Assembly (NCBI GenBank): GCA_950097015.1 | Contig: CATNEN010000025.1 | Coordinates: forward strand, 4,588,001-4,652,000 | DNA: 64,000 nt | Reading direction: 5' to 3' | From: Macrostomum hystrix | Taxonomy: Eukaryota; Animalia; Platyhelminthes | Shown here: positions 60,701 to 64,000 of the stretch, piece by piece | How the letters are laid out: every line of letters starts with the position of its first letter | Position numbering within the stretch: the first letter of the stretch is position 1 | The notes under the pieces: model-generated | Seen by the model: the letters and a program-made list of their open reading frames with translations, nothing else | Database searches by the model: none | Told to the model about the DNA's origin: nothing | Made by a program: the position numbers and the translations under genes

Positions 60701-63700
60701 AAACTTTCTCATCTGGGACTTTCTCATCTGGGACTTTCTCATCTGGGACTTTCTCATCTGGGACTTTCTCATCTGGGACTTTCTCATCTGGGACTTTCTC
60801 ATCTGGGACTTTCTCATCTGAGACTTTCTCATCTGGGACTTTCTCATCTGGGACTTTCTCATCTGAGACTTTCTCATCTGGGACTTTCTCATCTGAAACT
60901 TTCTCATCTGGGACTTTCTCATCTGGGACTTTCTCATCTGAAACTTTCTCATCTGGGACTTTCTCATCTGGGACTTTCTCATCTGGGACTTTCTCATCTG
61001 GGACTTTCTCATCTGGGACTTTCTCATCTGGGACTTTCTCATCTGGGACTTTCTCATCTGGGACTTTCTCATCTGGGACTTTCTCATCTGGGACTTTCTC
61101 ATCTGAGACTTTCTCATCTGGGACTTTCTCATCTGAAACTTTCTCATCTGGGACTTTCTCATCTGGGACTTTCTCATCTGAAACTTTCTCATCTGGGACT
61201 TTCTCATCTGGGACTTTCTCATCTGGGACTTTCTCATCTGGGACTTTCTCATCTGGGACTTTCTCATCTGGGACTTTCTCATCTGGGACTTTCTCATCTG
61301 AGACTTTCTCATCTGGGACTTTCTCATCTGAAACTTTCTCATCTGGGACTTTCTCATCTGTGACTTTCTCATCTGAGACTTTCTCATCTGAGACTTTCTC
61401 ATCTGGGACTTTCTCATCTGAAACTTTCTCATCTGAGACTTTCTCATCTGTGACTTTCTCATCTGAAACTTTCTCATCTGGGACTTTCTCCTCTGGGACT
61501 TTCTCATCTGGGACTTTCTCATCTGGGACTTTCTCATCTGGGACTTTCTCATCTGAAACTTTCTCATCTGAGACTTTCTCATCTGAGACTTTCTCATCTG
61601 AAACTTTCTCATCTGGGACTTTCTCATCTGTGACTTTCTCATCTGAGACTTTCTCATCTGGGACTTTCTCATCTAAAACTTTCTCATCTGGGACTTTCTC
61701 ATCTAAAACTTTCTCATCTGGGACTTTCTCATCTAAAACTTTCTCATCTGGGACTTTCTCATCTGGGACTTTCTCATCTGGGACTTTCTCATCTAAAACT
61801 TTCTCATCTGGGACTTTCTCATCTAAAACTTTCTCATCTGGGACTTTCTCATCTAAAACTTTCTCATCTGGGACTTTCTCATCTGGGACTTTCTCATCTG
61901 GGACTTTCTCATCTGAGACTTTCTCATCTGGGACTTTCTCATCTGAGACTTTCTCATCTGGGACTTTCTCATCTGGGACTTTCTCATCTGGGACTTTCTC
62001 ATCTGAGACTTTCTCATCTGTGACTTTCTCATCTGGGACTTTCTCATCTGGGACTTTCTCATCTGGGACTTTCTCATCTGGGACTTTCTCATCTGGGACT
62101 TTCTCATCTGAGACTTTCTCATCTGTGACTTTCTCATCTGTGACTTTCTCATCTGTGACTTTCTCATCTGAGACTTTCTCATCTGGGACTTTCTCATCTG
62201 TGACTTTCTCATCTGAGACTTTCTCATCTGGGACTTTCTCATCTGGGACTTTCTCATCTGGGACTTTCTCATCTGAGACTTTCTCATCTGAGACTTTCTC
62301 ATCTGGGACTTTCTCATCTGGGACTTTCTCATCTGGGACTTTCTCATCTGAGACTTTCTCATCTGAGACTTTCTCATCTGAGACTTTCTCATCTGAGACT
62401 TTCTCATCTGGGACTTTCTCATCTGGGACTTTCTCATCTGTGACTTTCTCATCTGAGACTTTCTCATCTGAGACTTTCTCATCTGGGACTTTCTCATCTT
62501 GGACTTTCTCATCTGAGACTTTCTCATCTGAGACTTTCTCATCTGGGACTTTCTCATCTGAAACTTTCTCATCTGGGACTTTCTCATCTGTGACTTTCTT
62601 ATCTGAAACTTTCTCATCTGTGACTTTCTCATCTGGGACTTTCTCATCTGTGACTTTCTCATCTGAGACTTTCTCATCTGAGACTTTCTCATCTGGGACT
62701 TTCTCATCTGAAACTTTCTCATCTGGGACTTTCTCATCTGTGACTTTCTCATCTGAGACTTTCTCATCTGAGACTTTCTCATCTGAGACTTTCTCATCTG
62801 GGAGTTTCTCATCTGAAACTTTCTCATCTGGGACTTTCTCCTCTGGGACTTTCTCATCTGGGACTTTCTCATCTGAAACTTTCTCATCTGAGACTTTCTC
62901 ATCTGAGACTTTCTCATCTGAAACTTTCTCATCTGGGACTTTCTCATCTGTGACTTTCTCATCTGAGACTTTCTCATCTGGGACTTTCTCATCTAAAACT
63001 TTCTCATCTGGGACTTTCTCATCTAAAACTTTCTCATCTGGGACTTTCTCATCTAAAACTTTCTCATCTGGGACTTTCTCATCTGGGACTTTCTCATCTG
63101 GGACTTTCTCATCTAAAACTTTCTCATCTGGGACTTTCTCATCTAAAACTTTCTCATCTGGGACTTTCTCATCTAAAACTTTCTCATCTGGGACTTTCTC
63201 ATCTGGGACTTTCTCATCTGGGACTTTCTCATCTGAGACTTTCTCATCTGGGACTTTCTCATCTGAGACTTTCTCATCTGGGACTTTCTCATCTGAGACT
63301 TTCTCATCTGAAACTTTCTCATCTGGGACTTTCTCATCTGGGACTTTCTCATCTGGGACTTTCTCATCTAAAACTTTCTCATCTGGGACTTTCTCATCTA
63401 AAACTTTCTCATCTGGGACTTTCTCATCTAAAACTTTCTCATCTGGGACTTTCTCATCTGGGACTTTCTCATCTGGGACTTTCTCATCTGGGACTTTCTC
63501 ATCTAAAACTTTCTCATCTGGGACTTTCTCATCTGTGACTTTCTCATCTGGGACTTTCTCATCTAAAACTTTCTCATCTGGGACTTTCTCATCTGGGACT
63601 TTCTCATCTAAAACTTTCTCATCTGGGACTTTCTCATCTGGGACTTTCTCATCTGAAACTTTCTCATCTGGGACTTTCTCATCTGAGACTTTCTCATCTG

Positions 63701-64000
63701 AGACTTTCTCATCTGAGACTTTCTCATCTGGGACTTTCTCCTCTGGGACTTTCTCATCTGGGACTTTCTCATCTGGGACTTTCTCATCTGGGACTTTCTC
63801 ATCTGAGACTTTCTCATCTGAGACTTTCTCATCTGGGACTTTCTCATCTGGGACTTTCTCATCTGAGACTTTCTCATCTGAGACTTTCTCATCTGGGACT
63901 TTCTCATCTGGGACTTTCTCATCTGTGACTTTCTCATCTGGGACTTTCTCATCTGGGACTTTCTCATCTGTGACTTTCTCATCTGGGACTTTCTCATCTG
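45781..64000. repeat. 15-bp satellite array (>1,210 monomers, runs off the window end) with a 9,255-bp higher-order repeat
   Basis: Monomer TTCTCATCTGGGACT. The rare marker TTCTTATCTTAAACT occurs at 46441, 47206, 55696 and 56461 (offsets 765 and 9255). All ORF-track entries from 46465 onward recur at +9255. Confidence 0.98.

Noticed and set aside
45685-63997. Giant ORFs (2825-aa TFSSG, 1363-aa DEKVP, many MRKSQ) as a repetitive protein such as an adhesive or antigen
   Set aside because: They arise from a stop-free 15-bp unit. The TCTTAA variant puts stops in both long frames at fixed HOR positions, the MRKSQ frame is broken by every TAAAA variant, and there is no credible start, splice site or flanking domain. 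Only stranded RNA-seq or peptides would revive this.

Overview
Eukaryotic, intron-containing, extremely repeat-rich DNA. The most likely source is a free-living flatworm such as Macrostomum; this is an inference from the innexin N-terminus, GC-rich exons and minisatellite-filled introns. Four spliced genes were reconstructed by hand with phase-consistent GT-AG junctions. (1) A 637-aa single-pass receptor with signal peptide, CUB-like domain, 6-Cys LDLa module, TM and a Tyr/Pro-motif tail (12523-15042, +). (2) A 7-exon, 568-aa nicotinic acetylcholine receptor alpha-type subunit with a degenerate aromatic ligand cage (16315-29718, +), starting 1.27 kb after gene 1. (3) A 365-aa membrane-anchored FkbM-family methyltransferase (33282-31830, -). 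(4) A 503-aa innexin (37800-40885, +). The rest comprises a non-autonomous hAT element with an 8-bp TSD, a small MITE, two tRNA-derived SINE families, about 20 minisatellites, and from 45781 to the window end a 15-bp satellite with a 9,255-bp higher-order repeat. Nearly all long ORFs in the supplied track are repeat artefacts. Best leads: the CUB-LDLa receptor/nAChR tandem, the nAChR binding-site changes, the putative Golgi methyltransferase, and the satellite hierarchy with its possible SINE origin.
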